From assembly GCA_964016885.1 (NCBI GenBank), contig OZ024753.1:10602001-10666000 (forward strand): a stretch of DNA of 64,000 nucleotides. The letters are read 5' to 3'. The notes below the pieces were generated by a model. It did no database searches and was not told where the DNA came from. It saw only the letters and a program-made list of their open reading frames with translations. Both the position numbers and the translations under genes were made by a program. This DNA comes from Eledone cirrhosa (Eukaryota). Positions 11,060-23,500 of this stretch are shown here, piece after piece; within the stretch, counting starts at the first letter, position 1, and each line of letters opens with the position of its first letter.

Positions 11060-11658
11060 ATGTTATCTCTTTCTCTTAATTTCGAGTATATTTTTTTGAC
11101 CGGCCACCTTCCTGGTGGCAAGGTTGTAAAAGAAAAGAAATTGTCATCCCTTGAATCGCAAGAATGTTTTGCAAATTTTGAAGGTGCCAGCTATCGCAGC
11201 CATTTGTAGACTATGAATTAGGGAGCTGCGCTTTTTGTCCGCAAATCCAAGTTCAGTCATACTTTGGTCCAAGCGGGTTGGTATATAACCCGTAGCACCA
11301 ATAATGATGGGTATGAAGCTAAAGGTGTATCTTGGATACTGGATTTGTAAACTCCTCATCAATGGTCCGTAGATGTCCTCCTTCTCCTGTATTTTTCTGA
11401 CAACGTTTACATCAAGTGGGCAGCTGATCTCCACAACAGAACACGTTTTCAATGTGTGGTCCCAAACTACAATATCAGGCCGGTTGTGCTTTAATTTGGT
11501 GGCAGTTTTTATTTTCAGGTTCCACCAGTATTCCTTAGTGCCATCTGTCTCAATATATTCTTCCTCGTTTGTTGTTAATTTTGTTTTCCGAAGTGCGTTC
11601 CAGATGGTTCTAGCTATCCCATCGTGTCTCATGGGGAGGTAGTAGCGAGATGACATTC
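11060..11658 (-). mobile_element. 5'-truncated RLE-type non-LTR retrotransposon (R4/Dong-like), endonuclease domain plus 3' UTR
   Basis: ORF 11144..11656(-) has RHDGIARTIW, HNRPDIVVWD...VVEISCP...EKEDIY and IPIIIGATG: the PD-(D/E)xK restriction-like endonuclease signature of R2/R4/NeSL-group elements. Open to the natural stop. Confidence 0.85.
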
Positions 11659-11869
11659 TTTTATATATGTATGTATCTAGCTATGTATGTATCTAGCTAT
11701 GTATGTATGTATCTAGCTATGTATGTATATGTATGTATGTATTATCTAGCTATGTATGTATGTATGTATTATCTAGCTATGTATGTATGTATGTATTATG
11801 TATGTATGTATGTATGTATGTATGTAGCTATGTATGTAGCTATGTATGTATGTATGTATGTATGTATGT

Positions 11870-12470
11870 TATGTCACCAGTTGGTGCTACTGGTAACATG
11901 TATCCCAGTACAACCTGTCCCATGGTCGGGTCGTTGGCGACTAAACTGGCAACCCCACCAAGGTTTCTTGGTGAGGAGGGTGACTTTGGACATCCTGCAG
12001 GACTAAAAACAAAACCTGTCAAAGGGCAAAGGAGCTCTTAAGAGTCAATGGCCATCCAAAATCACCGGGAGAGATGACTCCTTAGCCTTTGTCAAGGCAG
12101 AATTCTAGGAGAAGGAAAACTCTGATATAACACCTGCAACTCTGATGGTATCCAATGATGTTGACTTGTTCTTCTTTTTGGTAAATATCATCTTGGTTAA
12201 GAGAGTGGGACTGGCTTTGTGCAGTGCCTTTGCTCACTATAAAAGCTTCACGGCACAGGCATTGCTTTATATCTAGAGATCTCTCTGCACTTGTCATCAC
12301 ATGGTACCATGGGCCCAGCACTATGTGTCAATAATTGTCACAAGTGTAGTGTTTGTACCAGAGTTTTCAAGTTGGTGGCCGGACTAAAAAGTCGTTCAGC
12401 CCATCGGTAGGGGTTCTCCTACATGGATATAAAGTAGTAGCCGTACTCGAAAATAAGTTGGCAGCCACCA
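11870..12470 (+). mobile_element. Composite LINE remnant; 3' part encodes an RTE-type terminal zinc-finger-like peptide followed by a (TATG)n tail
   Basis: 12339-12404 translates to HKCSVCTRVFKLVAGLKSRSAH (degenerate CxxC...GLxSH...H). The 5' part (11870-12060) resembles a LINE 5' UTR from recall only. Confidence 0.45.
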
Positions 12471-12755
12471 TGTATGTATGTATGTATGTATGTATGTATG
12501 TATTATCTAGCTATGTATGTATGTATTATCTAGCTATGTATGTATGTATGTATGTATCTAGCTATGTATGTATGTATGTATGTATGTATCTAGCTATGTA
12601 TGTATGTATGTATGTATGTATGTATGTATGTATGTATGTATGCAAATCCACACATAGACATACACACGTATATACATATATAATCCCGTAGAGGAAATAT
12701 TTATTATTCATTGTTTACTTACACTTTTCATGTGTGGTTATATATCTCTCTCTAT

Positions 12756-12787
<32 letters not shown>

Positions 12788-12789
<2 letters not shown>

Positions 12790-12992
12790 ACGGAGGAAAT
12801 GTAGTAAGGAACCAGGTGGACCATAACGCACCAAAGTACTCAATACTTATGGTAGTAGAGTTGGTAATAGGAACGAGTAGGATCCCGACGGCTGAGCTCA
12901 AGCCGTTTCGACGGCTAATTCTAAACTCCTTCTTGAGTCCAGAATTAGCCGTCGAAACGGCTTGAGCTCAGCCGTCGGGCTCCTACTCGTTC

Positions 12993-12995
<3 letters not shown>
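12788..12995 (-). mobile_element. Family C fold-back element
   Basis: Reverse tail (GTACTCAATA 12836-12845) plus a hairpin ~12870-12994 with arms GGAACGAGTAGGA..CCCGACGGCTGAGCTCAAGCCGTTTCGACGGCTAATTCT; in (TA)n. Confidence 0.8.
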
Positions 12996-13048
<53 letters not shown>

Positions 13049-13052
<4 letters not shown>

Positions 13053-13225
13053 AAAGAGTCAGGACCCCGACGGCTGAGCTCCGACCGTTTCGACAGCTGC
13101 TGTCGAAACGGCCGGAGCTCAACCGTCGGGGTCCTGACTCCTTTCCTATTACCCACTCTACTACACTAAGTATCGAGTACTCTGGTGCGTTATTGTCCAC
13201 CTGGTATCTTACCAGACTTCCTTTG
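13049..13225 (+). mobile_element. Family C fold-back element
   Basis: Hairpin AGGGAAAGAGTCAGGACCCCGACGG...CCGTCGGGGTCCTGACTCTTTCCT; tail TATCGAGTAC 13171-13180; head-to-head with the 12788 copy across (TA)n. Confidence 0.8.
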
Positions 13226-13334
13226 TCGACTGTCAATCGACTTTCGTCAAATCCGACCGTGGAAACAATGTTTCCTTTGGTCTTTCCAATTGCTAATACT
13301 ATTTATCGGTCGCAACTCCATGTAGAAGGGGCAA

Positions 13335-13455
13335 CGTAAAATGTATGTATGTATGTCTTACTCAAGGACATAACGCATCGCCCGGTCCAGGAATCGAACT
13401 CACAATCTCACGATTGCGAATCCAATTCGCTTACCATTCAGCCACTCAGCCACGC
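13335..13455 (-). mobile_element. tRNA-derived SINE 5' fragment (third type)
   Basis: Minus strand TGGCTGAATGG A box, GAGTTCGATTCC B box, then GTCCTTGAGTAAGAC. Confidence 0.6.
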
Positions 13456-13468
13456 TGTGTGTGTGTAG

Positions 13469-13528
<60 letters not shown>

Positions 13529-13789
13529 GGAAAGTGGTTGGTTTGAGAAGAATTTGGAAAATTTGAAATGTGTTTGTATCAACGTAAATAACCATAATAA
13601 TAGTTGATCAAAATAAGAACTAGTTGAACATATCTGACCCAGAAGAATGACAGCTGCAGTACACTTAAACCAGATAAGGTAGTGCCCTGTCTAGTTTTAA
13701 TTTGTGACGGAGGGGAGCAAGACATGTTCATTTTTAATAACACCTATAAATGTTATATATATGTTATACTTGGGGAGGGTCATATTGTG

Positions 13790-13980
13790 GTAATAATTGT
13801 TTCTACTTTTGGCACAAGGCCAGCAATTACCCAGTGCATTACTGGTACTTTATTTTATCGACCCCGTAAGGATGAAAGGCAAAGTTAACCTCGGCGGGAT
13901 TTGAACTCAGACCGTAAAGGGACGTAACTACGCTGGAAAGCATGTCCGACCTTTCTCCCAATACTGTCAATTCAGCACCC
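13790..13980 (-). mobile_element. tRNA-derived SINE, main family
   Basis: Near full-length reverse copy of 2288-2472. Confidence 0.85.
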
Positions 13981-14685
13981 TAATAATATTGCCAGAAATA
14001 ACAGAACACACTCACTGTTTGGTTGGTTTTCGCTTCTGTATCTTTTATATCTCCATAGTTAATTCATTTGGTCCTCAATGTTTATCAATGTTTATCAAAA
14101 ATACAGATATAATATAGATATAAACACATATATATAGTCTAACAAAGAACTTTGCTAGACTATATATACATGTATTTATAGTGGCGGAGAGGAAAACAAA
14201 CGTTTATTTCTATCAGACTTAGTTCTAACTGACGATGAATTAAAGAAATTTCAAAGTATGCGGAAAATAAGAAATAAAATGAAAAGTCTAGTTTAGTTAC
14301 AACCAGTTTCTATTGTACACCCTTTATATGACAAACTCTAATTTCACAAATTGGAAATAAAATACTTTAAGGTCAGCTTACTATTTTAAATGTCTTTTCG
14401 CATGGAGTATTTCCCCGTCATAATGAAATTATTATTTCAACATTAATATATAATTCTAATTTTGTAAGGTGACCGTAGCATATGTTTCGCTGCTGAGTAG
14501 TGAAATGTTATTTCTCTCTGTAAAATGTCTACGACTTAAACTGTCCGTAACGGAAAGAGACGTTTCGTTTCATTAATTAATAAAACTTTGTTCAGGTCAC
14601 CGCCATTTAAGCTATGTTCCTGATTAAGATAAACGTTTATTTGATACATAGGTGCCTGGCACATACAGAGTAATACACAATGCAA

Positions 14686-14729
<44 letters not shown>

Positions 14730-14847
14730 TATAACTGTATAAACACAAACTTTCACATACAAATACTTTGTGTAAACACGTTTACACAAATAAGTTATGT
14801 ATTTCAACAGACATATACTCACACAGGTTGGGGGTAGACGAATTTAA

Positions 14848-14988
14848 CCCTTTAGCATTTAAACCGGCCATAACCAGCCCCTCATACTAATATTAAGGTA
14901 TTGTTCTCATAGATTCGATATTATGTGAGATAAAGCCTTTACCACAAAAATACAATAGTATATATCGAGTAATGTAAATGCTAAAGGG
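14848..14988. mobile_element. piggyBac-type MITE (141 bp)
   Basis: TTAA|CCCTTTAGCATTTA ... TAAATGCTAAAGGG|TTAA: perfect 14-bp TIRs with CCC/GGG termini and TTAA TSD. Confidence 0.85.
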
Positions 14989-16519
14989 TTAAAAGATAGT
15001 AAATAAATATTCTCACGAAAAGTAATAATAAAAATACGTAATATACAAGAAGATAGAGAAAGAAAGGGAGAGTTTAAAAGAGAGAGGGTGTATATGGTGG
15101 GGTGAGACTGAGAGAAAGAGGGAGAGAAACGTCAGAAACTGTTTCTTTATATCGCATTAAACCACTTCAAATATTTGCTTTGCTTTTCTCTCCTCTCCCA
15201 CTCCAGCTCCATTAGAACGTTCTTACTTACTCCATCTCCTTTCGGAATCAATATTTTTTCTTACTTATATTTACAATGGAACCGGAATTTGTTAGTAGAT
15301 GGATTCTATTGAGATGGATCAAGATCTCTGTAAGAAATTTTGTTATGGTTCGTTAAGTAAATGGCGTCGTTCTCTCAAGACACACTTTCAGGCTTTTTAT
15401 ATAAATGTAAAATCCTGTATCTTATATAAAGATATTTATTATCGTTCTCGAATCTGCAATTTTAATTCTCAAATTGAAGACAGAGACTGTTAACATGGCA
15501 CAATCTCTAAATGTTACCAACTGTGCTATCAGAAAAATTTATTTCTTCTTGTGGAACAAGCCACATCTCAACCCCTCCCTTTCATTTATTTATGTATTTA
15601 TATACTTATTAATTAATTTTATTTATTTTAGTAAGCAGGAGAGGGTATGTATGTATACTTAATGCGTTTGACTTTGAGTATATTATTGGCAATTATTTTA
15701 TCGGCCCCATAATGGGATGAAAGACGGAAAATGACCCAGTCGTTGAGATAACAAACAATTTCCCCTCAAAACACTAGAGAGTAATAAGCTACAGGCTGAC
15801 TAATGTCAACATCTCCAACTGAGCAATAATAATAAAACCTTAAAACAAAATAAAGCAAATAAGAGTGAGGAGAATTCAACGAAAATTTGCAACACACGAA
15901 AGACTAATTAATAATATGTAATCATGTAATATAAACCTCGATACTACACTGAAATACTTCAGCTTCCCAAATAACAACAAATCATTGTCTGATTTTAAAC
16001 CATCTTCTCCCTTCCTGTACTTCCTCCTTACCCAGTTACGCTACCTACCCTCCATTAATTTATAAACTTCTGCTCCAGTGTACCGCACAAACAATCTCTC
16101 CCTCGGGAGGTAAAGAGAGAAATTGAGGGGTCTTTTTATGGTCAGTGCAATTCCTACTTTCCTACTTTTGAAAACATATAGATCCACTAAGGTATACAAA
16201 GTGCTTTCGAATGAAATTACTCGCCTGCCTGCTAACCCCTTACATATATATGTACACGCACAAACACAAACGCGTACACACACAATCACGTACACAATCA
16301 CACACAGATACACAGTTACGCTCACTCGCGTACACAATCACACATACACACACATACAATTACACTAACACTCATAATCACACTCATACAATTACAATTA
16401 CACACACACATACTTTTACACACATATACAGTTACAAACTCACACACACACATACATAGAAAGAAAGATAGCAAAGAAGAAACACAATCTCCAAAATCTA
16501 CATAAAACTTAAGAAATTA

Positions 16520-16553
<34 letters not shown>

Positions 16554-16629
16554 TGTTGATGTTAATATGACTATTTTTTATAAACACTAAAAACAGAGAA
16601 ACGCTTGGACTGGTTTGACCAAAATTAAC

Positions 16630-16699
16630 GAGAGGCCTCTAGCGGGGACTGGGTTAAAAGCTATGACAGAGAGCCCTCTAACGGGGACTGGGTTAAAAG
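16630..16699. repeat. Two-copy direct repeat, period 39 bp
   Basis: GAGAGGCCTCTAGCGGGGACTGGGTTAAAAG and GAGAGCCCTCTAACGGGGACTGGGTTAAAAG. Confidence 0.8.
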
Positions 16700-16839
16700 A
16701 GATGGCATTGCCATATGTCCTTCATGGCAGGAGCCGAATTCTCTGCCACTCCCTTCACCTAAAATACCTCCCAAGTGATAATGATTTCACCTAATGTTGT
16801 AAAATACACCCTTGCACTCGCACAAACTCTTGTCTTCCC

Positions 16840-17540
16840 ATTGCCGCCGCCATCACCATCACCATCACTACCACTACTAACACCACTACTGTCACCGCCA
16901 CCATCAGCACCATTGCCGCCGCCATCACCACCACCGCCATCACCACCACCGCCGCCATCACCACCGCCGCCGCCTTCACCAACGCCGCCATCACCACCAC
17001 CACCACCACCATCACCACTGCCATCACCACCACTACCACTGCCATCACCACCACTGTGACCGCCACCACCACCATCACCACTGCCATCACCACCACTACC
17101 ACTGCCATCACCACCACTGTGACCGCCACCACCACCACCACTACCACAAATAACACCACTACTATCACCGCCACCACCAACATCACCAATACTACTATTA
17201 CCACCACCATCCCCACTACCATCACCGCCACCACCACCATCACCGCCACCACCACCATCACCGCCACCACCACCACCACCACCACCATCACCACTACTAT
17301 TACCATCACCACCACTATAACCATCATCATCACCACCACTACTAACACCACTACTATTACCACCACCACTGACTACCACCATCACCACGACCACCACCAC
17401 ACAAAACAACACCACCACTACTACAAACAACCACCATCACACCCTCCACCACCAACATCACACCCTCCACCACCACCACACTCTCCACCACCACCACCAC
17501 CACCACACTCTCCACCACCACCACCACACTCTCCACCACC
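16840..17540. repeat. (CCA/CCG/TCA)n low-complexity tract
   Basis: Direct inspection. Confidence 0.95.
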
Positions 17541-20500
17541 ATATATTGGAGTGATGGTAGTTGACACTCCATATTGTAAGGTGTTCCTCTATATATTGGA
17601 GTGATGTAGTTGACACTTCATATTGTTATGTGTTCCTCTATATATTGGAGTGATGGTAGTTGACACTCCATATTGTAAGGTGTTCCTCGATATATTGGAG
17701 TGATGGTAGTTGACACTCCATATTGTAAGGTGTTCCTCTATATATTGGAGTGATGGTAGTTGACACTCCATATTGTAAGGTGTTCCTCTATATATTGGAG
17801 AGATGGTAGTTAACACTCCATATTGTAAGGTGTTCATGTATATATTGGAGTGATGGTAGTTGACACTCCACATTGTAAGGTGTTCCTATATATATTGGAG
17901 TGATGGTAGTTGACACTCCATATTGTAAGGTGTTCCTGTATATATTTATATTGGAGTGATGGTAGTTGACAATCCATATTGTAAGGTGTTCCTCTATATA
18001 TTTATATTGGAGTGATGGTAGTTGACACTCCATATTGTAAGGAGTTCCTGTATATATTGGAGTGATGGTAGTTGACTCTCCATATTGTAAGGTGTTCCTA
18101 TATATATTGGAGTGATGGTAGTTGACACTTCATATTGTAAGGTGTTCCTCTATATATTGGAGTCATGGTAGTTGACACTTCATATTGTAAGGTGTTCCTG
18201 TATATATTGGAATGATGGTAGGTGACACTCCATATTGTAAGGTGTTCCTATATATATTGGAGTGATGGTAGTTGACTCTCCATATTGTAAGGTGTTCCTA
18301 TATATATTGGAGTGATGGTAGTTGACACTCCATATTGTAAGGTTTTCCTGTATATATTGGAGTGATGGTAGTTGACACTCCACATTGTAAGGTGTTCCTA
18401 TATATATTGGAGTGAAGGTAGTTGACATTCCATATTGTAAGGTGTTCCTCTATATATTGGAGTGATGGTAGTTGACACTTCATGCTGTAAGGTGTTCCTA
18501 TATATATTGGAGTGATGGTAGATGACACTCCATATTGTAAGGTGTTCCTCTATATATTTATATTGGAGTGATGGTAGTTGACACTTCACATTGTAAGGAG
18601 TTCCTGTATATATTGGAGTGATGGTAGTTGACACTCCATATTGTAAGGTGTTCCTGTATATATTGGAGTGATGGTAGTTGACACTCCATATTGTAAGATG
18701 TTCCTCTATATATTGGAGTGATGGTAGGTGACACTCGATATTGTAAGATGTTCCTCTATATATTGGAGTGATGGTAGGTGATACTTCATTTTGTAAGGTG
18801 TTCCTGTATATATTGGAGAGATTGTAGTTGACACTCCACATTGTAAGGTGTTCCTCTATATATTTAAATTGGAGTGATGGTAGTTGACACTCCACATTGT
18901 AAGGTGTTCCTGTATATATTGGAGTGATGGTAGTTGACACTTCATACTGTAAGATGTTCCTCTATATATTGGAGTGATGGTAGTTGACACTTCATACTGT
19001 AAGCTGTTCCTCTATATATTGGAGTGATGGTAGTTGTCACTCCGTATTGTAAGGTGTTCCTGTATATATTGGAGTGATGGTAGTTGACACTTCATATTGT
19101 AAGATGTTCCTCTATATATTGGAGTGATGGTAGTTGACACTTCATACTGTAAGCTGTTCCTCTATATATTGGAGTGATGGTAGTTGTCACTCCGTATTGT
19201 AAGGTGTTCCTGTATATATAGGAGTGATGGTAGTTGACACGCCACATTGTAAGGTGTACCTCTATATATTGGAGTGATGGTAGTTGACACTCCATATTGT
19301 AAGGTGTTCCTGTATATATTGGAGTGATGGTAGTTGACATTTTCATATTGTAAGGTGTTCCTTTATATATTGGAGTGATGGTAGATGACACTTCATATTG
19401 TAAGGAGTTCCTGTATATATTGGAGTGATGGTAGTTGACACTCCATATTGTAGGGTGTTCCTCTATATATTGGAGTGATGGTAGTTGACACGCCACATTG
19501 TAAGGTGTACCTCTATATATTGGAGTGATGGTAGTTGACACTCCATATTGTAAGGTGTTCCTGTATATATTGGAGTGATGGTAGTTGACATTTTCATATT
19601 GTAAGGTGTTCCTCTATATATTGGAGTGATGGTAGTTGACACTCCATATTGTAAGGTGTTCCTGTATATATTGGAGTGATGGTAGGTGACACTTCATATT
19701 GTAAGGTGTTCCTCTATATATTGGAGTGATGGTAGTTGACACTCCATATTGTAAGGTGTTCCTGTATATATTGGAGTGATGGTAGTTGACACTCCATATT
19801 GTAAGGTTTTCCTGTATATATTGGAGTGATGGTAGTTGACACTCCACATTGTAAGGTTTTCCTGTATATATTGGAGTGATGGTAGTTGACACTCCACATT
19901 GTAAGGTGTTCCTATATATATTGGAGTGAAGGTAGTTGACATTCCATATTGTAAGGTGTTCCTCTATATATTGGAGTGATGGTAGTTGACACTTCATGCT
20001 GTAAGGTGTTCCTATATATATTGGAGTGATGGTAGATGACACTCCATATTGTAAGGTGTTCCTCTATATATTTATATTGGAGTGATGGTAGTTGACACTT
20101 CACATTGTAAGGAGTTCCTGTATATATTGGAGTGATGGTAGTTGACACTCCATATTGTAAGGTGTTCCTGTATATATTGGAGTGATGGTAGTTGACACTC
20201 CATATTGTAAGATGTTCCTCTATATATTGGAGTGATGGTAGGTGACACTCGATATTGTAAGATGTTCCTCTATATATTGGAGTGATGGTAGGTGATACTT
20301 CATTTTGTAAGGTGTTCCTGTATATATTGGAGAGATTGTAGTTGACACTCCACATTGTAAGGTGTTCCTCTATATATTTAAATTGGAGTGATGGTAGTTG
20401 ACACTCCACATTGTAAGGTGTTCCTGTATATATTGGAGTGATGGTAGTTGACACTTCATACTGTAAGATGTTCCTCTATATATTGGAGTGATGGTAGTTG

Positions 20501-23500
20501 ACACTTCATACTGTAAGCTGTTCCTCTATATATTGGAGTGATGGTAGTTGTCACTCCGTATTGTAAGGTGTTCCTGTATATATTGGAGTGATGGTAGTTG
20601 ACACTTCATATTGTAAGATGTTCCTCTATATATTGGAGTGATGGTAGTTGACACTTCATACTGTAAGCTGTTCCTCTATATATTGGAGTGATGGTAGTTG
20701 TCACTCCGTATTGTAAGGTGTTCCTGTATATATAGGAGTGATGGTAGTTGACACGCCACATTGTAAGGTGTACCTCTATATATTGGAGTGATGGTAGTTG
20801 ACACTCCATATTGTAAGGTGTTCCTGTATATATTGGAGTGATGGTAGTTGACATTTTCATATTGTAAGGTGTTCCTCTATATATTGGAGTGATGGTAGAT
20901 GACACTTCATATTGTAAGGAGTTCCTGTATATATTGGAGTGATGGTAGTTGACACTCCATATTGTAGGGTGTTCCTCTATATATTGGAGTGATGGTAGTT
21001 GACACGCCACATTGTAAGGTGTACCTCTATATATTGGAGTGATGGTAGTTGACACTCCATATTGTAAGGTGTTCCTGTATATATTGGAGTGATGGTAGTT
21101 GACATTTTCATATTGTAAGGTGTTCCTCTATATATTGGAGTGATGGTAGTTGACACTCCATATTGTAAGGTGTTCCTGTATATATTGGAGTGATGGTAGG
21201 TGACACTTCATATTGTAAGGTGTTCCTCTATATATTGGAGTGATGGTAGTTGACACTCCATATTGTAAGGTGTTCCTGTATATATTGGAGTGATGGTAGT
21301 TGACATTTTCATATTGTAAGGTGTTCCTCTATATATTGGAGTGATGGTAGTTGACACTCCATATTGTAACGTGTTCCTGTATATATTGGAGTGATGGTAG
21401 GTGACACTTCATATTGTAAGGTGTTCCTCTATATATTGGAGTGATGGTAGTTGACACTCCATATTGTAAGGTGTTCATGTATATATTGGAGTGATGGTAG
21501 TTGACATTTTCATATTGTAAGGTGTTCCTCTATATATTGGAGTGATGGTAGTTGACACTCCATATTGTAAGGTGTTCCTGTATATATTGGAGTGATGGTA
21601 GGTGACACTTCATATTGTAAGGTGTTCCTCTATATATTGGAGTGATGGTAGTTGACACTCCATATTGTAAGGTGTTCCTGTATATATTGGAGTGATGGTA
21701 GGTGACGCTCCATATTGTAAGGTGTTCCTCTATATATTGGAGTGATTGTAGGTGACACTTCATATTGTAAGGTGTTCCTCTATATATTGGAGTGATGGTA
21801 GTTGACACTCCATATTGTAAGGTGTTCCTCTATATATTGGATTGATGGTAGTTGACTCTCCATATTGTAAGGTGTTCCTATATATATTGCAGTGATGGTA
21901 GTTGACACTTCATATTGTAAGGTAATCCTCTATATATTGCAGTGATGGTAGTTGACACTTCATATTGTAAGGTGTTCCTGTATATATTGGAGTGATGGTA
22001 GTTGACACTCCATATTGTAAGGTGTTCCTGTATATATTGGAATGATGGTAGGTGACACTCCATATTGTAAGGTGTTCCTCTATATATTGGAGTGATGGTA
22101 GTTGACACTCCATATTGTAAGGTGTTCCTGTATATATTGGAATGATGGTAGGTGACACTCCATATTGTAAGGTGTTCCTCTATATATTGGAGTGATGGTA
22201 GTTGACACTCCATATTGTAAGGTGTTCCTGTATATATTGGAATGATGGTAGGTGACACTCCATATTGTAAGGTGTACCTCTATATATTGGAGTCATGGTA
22301 GTTGACACTCCATATTGTAAGGTGTTCCTGTATATATTGGAGTGATGGTAGTTGACATTTTCATATTGTAAGGTGTTCCTCTATATATTGGAGTGATGGT
22401 AGATGACACTTCATATTGTAAGGAGTTCCTGTATATATTGGAGTGATGGTAGTTGACACTCCATATTGTAGGGTGTTCCTCTATATATTGGAGTGATGGT
22501 AGTTGACACGCCACATTGTAAGGTGTACCTCTATATATTGGAGTGATGGTAGTTGACACTCCATATTGTAAGGTGTTCCTGTATATATTGGAGTGATGGT
22601 AGTTGACATTTTCATATTGTAAGGTGTTCCTCTATATATTGGAGTGATGGTAGTTGACACTCCATATTGTAAGGTGTTCCTGTATATATTGGAGTGATGG
22701 TAGGTGACACTTCATATTGTAAGGTGTTCCTCTATATATTGGAGTGATGGTAGTTGACACTCCATATTGTAAGGTGTTCCTGTATATATTGGAGTGATGG
22801 TAGTTGACATTTTCATATTGTAAGGTGTTCCTCTATATATTGGAGTGATGGTAGTTGACACTCCATATTGTAACGTGTTCCTGTATATATTGGAGTGATG
22901 GTAGGTGACACTTCATATTGTAAGGTGTTCCTCTATATATTGGAGTGATGGTAGTTGACACTCCATATTGTAAGGTGTTCCTGTATATATTGGAGTGATG
23001 GTAGTTGACATTTTCATATTGTAAGGTGTTCCTCTATATATTGGAGTGATGGTAGTTGACACTCCATATTGTAAGGTGTTCCTGTATATTTTGGAGTGAT
23101 GGTAGGTGACACTTCATATTGTAAGGTGTTCCTCTATATATTGGAGTGATGGTAGTTGACACTCCATATTGTAAGGTGTTCCTGTATATATTGGAGTGAT
23201 GGTAGGTGACGCTCCATATTGTAAGGTGTTCCTCTATATATTGGAGTGATTGTAGGTGACACTTCATATTGTAAGGTGTTCCTCTATATATTGGAGTGAT
23301 GGTAGTTGACACTCCATATTGTAAGGTGTTCCTCTATATATTGGATTGATGGTAGTTGACTCTCCATATTGTAAGGTGTTCCTATATATATTGGAGTGAT
23401 GGTAGTTGACACTTCATATTGTAAGGTAATCCTCTATATATTGCAGTGATGGTAGTTGACACTTCATATTGTAAGGTGTTCCTGTATATATTGGAGTGAT

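Larger units (their letters stand above)
10999..12642. repeat. (TATG)n / TATCTAGCTATG compound microsatellite split into three blocks (10999-11050, 11665-11868, 12470-12642) by retroelement insertions
   Basis: The same unusual TATCTAGCTATGTATG unit occurs in all three blocks. Confidence 0.8.

Noticed and set aside
14215-14600. CTGACGA at ~14229 and GAAAC-containing hairpins on the minus strand as further hammerheads
   Set aside because: Core segments or helix I cannot be completed; may be decayed copies but not supportable.
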